A stretch of DNA of 64,000 bases from an uncultured Candidatus Rokubacteria bacterium (lineage in GTDB: Bacteria; Methylomirabilota; Methylomirabilia; Rokubacteriales; DASRDR01). The notes under the pieces are model-generated. The model ran no database searches. It saw nothing but the letters and a program-made list of their open reading frames with translations, and was not told where the DNA came from. Where the stretch lies: NCBI GenBank assembly GCA_963708025.1, contig CAVPSB010000022.1:96001-160000 (forward strand), written 5' to 3'. This document shows positions 62,688-64,000 of this stretch, in pieces. How positions within the stretch are numbered: the stretch's first letter is position 1; the number at the start of each line of letters is the position of its first letter. Both the position numbers and the translations under genes were made by a program.

Positions 62688-63629
62688 TCAGGCCCCGAAG
62701 GCGGCGACCGTACGGCGGAGACCCTCCGTGAAGCTGACGGCCGGCCAGTAGCCGAGGTGCGTCCGGGTCCGGGAGATGTCGGCCAGCGTGTCCCGCACAT
62801 CGCCTGGACGGGGCGGCGTGTGACGACGAGGAAGTGGCCGGCCCAGTACCTCTTCGAGGCGCGTCGCGATGTCGAGAACGGAGAGGCGCTCCCCGCACGC
62901 GACGTTGAACACGTGCCCGGCGCTCGTGGACGCCTCGGCGGCGCCCAGGTTCGCGTTGACCACGTTCGACACGTACGTGAAGTCGCGGGTCTGCTTCCCG
63001 TCGCCGTGAATCTCGAGCGGGACGCCCCGCTTCGCGGCCAGAATGAATCGCGCCACCACCGCCGCGTACTCGGAGGCCGGATCCTGGCGCGGTCCGAACA
63101 CGTTGAAGTAGCGGAGCGCGACCGTCGCCAGGCCGTAGTGCCGGGAGAAGTTCGCGCAGTAGTGCTCGCCGATCAGCTTGGAGGCGCCGTAGGGCGAGAT
63201 CGGGAGCGGCCGCAGCTCCTCGTGGAGCGGCTGCACGGGCTGGTCCCCGTAGACCGAGGACGACGAGGCGAAGACCAGCCGCCCGACCCCGGCCTCGCGG
63301 GCGGCGAGGAGGAGCCGCATGGTCCCCGTGACGTTCACGTCGTGATAGGAGTACGGGTCCTCGACCGAGCGTGGCACCGATCGGAGCGCGGCCTGATGGA
63401 AGATCACCTCGACCCCGGCGACCGCGCGCCGCAGCGCCTCGGGGTCCCGGATGTCGCCGGGGACGACCTCGAGGGCGGGATCCGCCGACAGGAACTCGCG
63501 CCGGCCGCTCGAGAAGTCGTCGAGGACCCGCACCCGGCGGTTCCGGGCCAGCAGAGCCTCGACCAGATGCGACCCGATGAAGCCGGCGCCGCCGGTCACG
63601 AGCGCGAGTCCGGCTCCCCCGGCTCCCAT
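62688..63629 (-). CDS. NAD-dependent nucleotide-sugar 4-epimerase (extended SDR, WbpP/GalE-like)
   Basis: TGGAGFIGSHL, HQAA..SVPRS, ASSSSVYG, YGASK, LRYFNVFGPRQ. Confidence 0.9.
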   Translation of the reverse strand: MGAGGAGLALVTGGAGFIGSHLVEALLARNRRVRVLDDFSSGRREFLSADPALEVVPGDIRDPEALRRAVAGVEVIFHQAALRSVPRSVEDPYSYHDVNVTGTMRLLLAAREAGVGRLVFASSSSVYGDQPVQPLHEELRPLPISPYGASKLIGEHYCANFSRHYGLATVALRYFNVFGPRQDPASEYAAVVARFILAAKRGVPLEIHGDGKQTRDFTYVSNVVNANLGAAEASTSAGHVFNVACGERLSVLDIATRLEEVLGRPLPRRHTPPRPGDVRDTLADISRTRTHLGYWPAVSFTEGLRRTVAAFGA

Positions 63630-63631
63630 GG

Positions 63632-64000
63632 TTACTGCCGGCCGGTCTGCTGGAGGAAGGCGATCACGCGGCGGAGCGTCTCGTCGAGCGAGACCTGTGG
63701 CCGGTACCCGACCACGCGCTCCGCCTTGTCGAGGGCGGGGACGCGGCGCCGCAGATCCTCGAACCCGGGCTGGTAGGCCTGGTCGTAGGGGACGTGGGTG
63801 ATCGGGGACCGGCTCCCGGTCAGGCGCTTCACGCGCTCGGCCAGGTCACCGATGGTCACCTCGTGGGCGCTGCCGACATTGAAGACCTGCCCCACCGCCG
63901 CCGGGCTCGCCGCCAGGGCCACCGTCGCCCGCACGGTGTCCTCCACGTCCGTGAAACAGCGCGACTGGCCCCCGTCGCCGTGGACGGTGATCGGCTGTCC
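63632..64000 (-). CDS. Second NAD-dependent epimerase/dehydratase, C-terminal part (truncated by window edge)
   Basis: ITVHGDGGQSRCFTDVED...VFNVGS...FEDLRRRVP. Confidence 0.85.
   Translation of the reverse strand, partial: GQPITVHGDGGQSRCFTDVEDTVRATVALAASPAAVGQVFNVGSAHEVTIGDLAERVKRLTGSRSPITHVPYDQAYQPGFEDLRRRVPALDKAERVVGYRPQVSLDETLRRVIAFLQQTGRQ

Overview
Very GC-rich bacterial chromosomal segment, mostly housekeeping genes on the minus strand. Gene content and repeat style suggest a Candidatus Rokubacteria/Methylomirabilota-like organism (inference). Many single-base frameshifts fall even in essential genes (alaS, recA, coaE, lolA), most consistent with long-read consensus errors, so several gene boundaries are reconstructed across frames. 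Content: ddl-murG; a divergent polyamine locus (speD-speE / pyruvoyl arginine decarboxylase-speB followed by two paralogous SAM methyltransferases and an RlmI-like methylase); a decayed secreted-protein island; rimO-pgpA-cinA-thpR-recA (LAGLIDADG intein at the RecA-b site)-recX-DinB-tldD-tldE-alaS; a soluble histidine kinase with about 12 GAF domains followed by a single-domain response regulator and a receiver-cyclase; yajQ, lolA, a DUF433/DUF5615 toxin-antitoxin pair, ftsK, rnj, rsmA, coaE, PhzF-like, Uma2, polA, glnE, glnB, glgA, a Na/Pi cotransporter, gltX, DUF362, a UbiA-family transferase and epimerases. The most unusual signal is non-coding: at least three families of short palindromic interspersed repeats whose hairpin stems show compensatory substitutions. 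One copy lies inside the glnE coding sequence, one forms the polA N-terminus, and intergenic copies are spanned by mini-ORFs translationally coupled to both neighbouring genes. A 107-bp CTAG-flanked MITE occurs twice, each time at a TAG stop codon.
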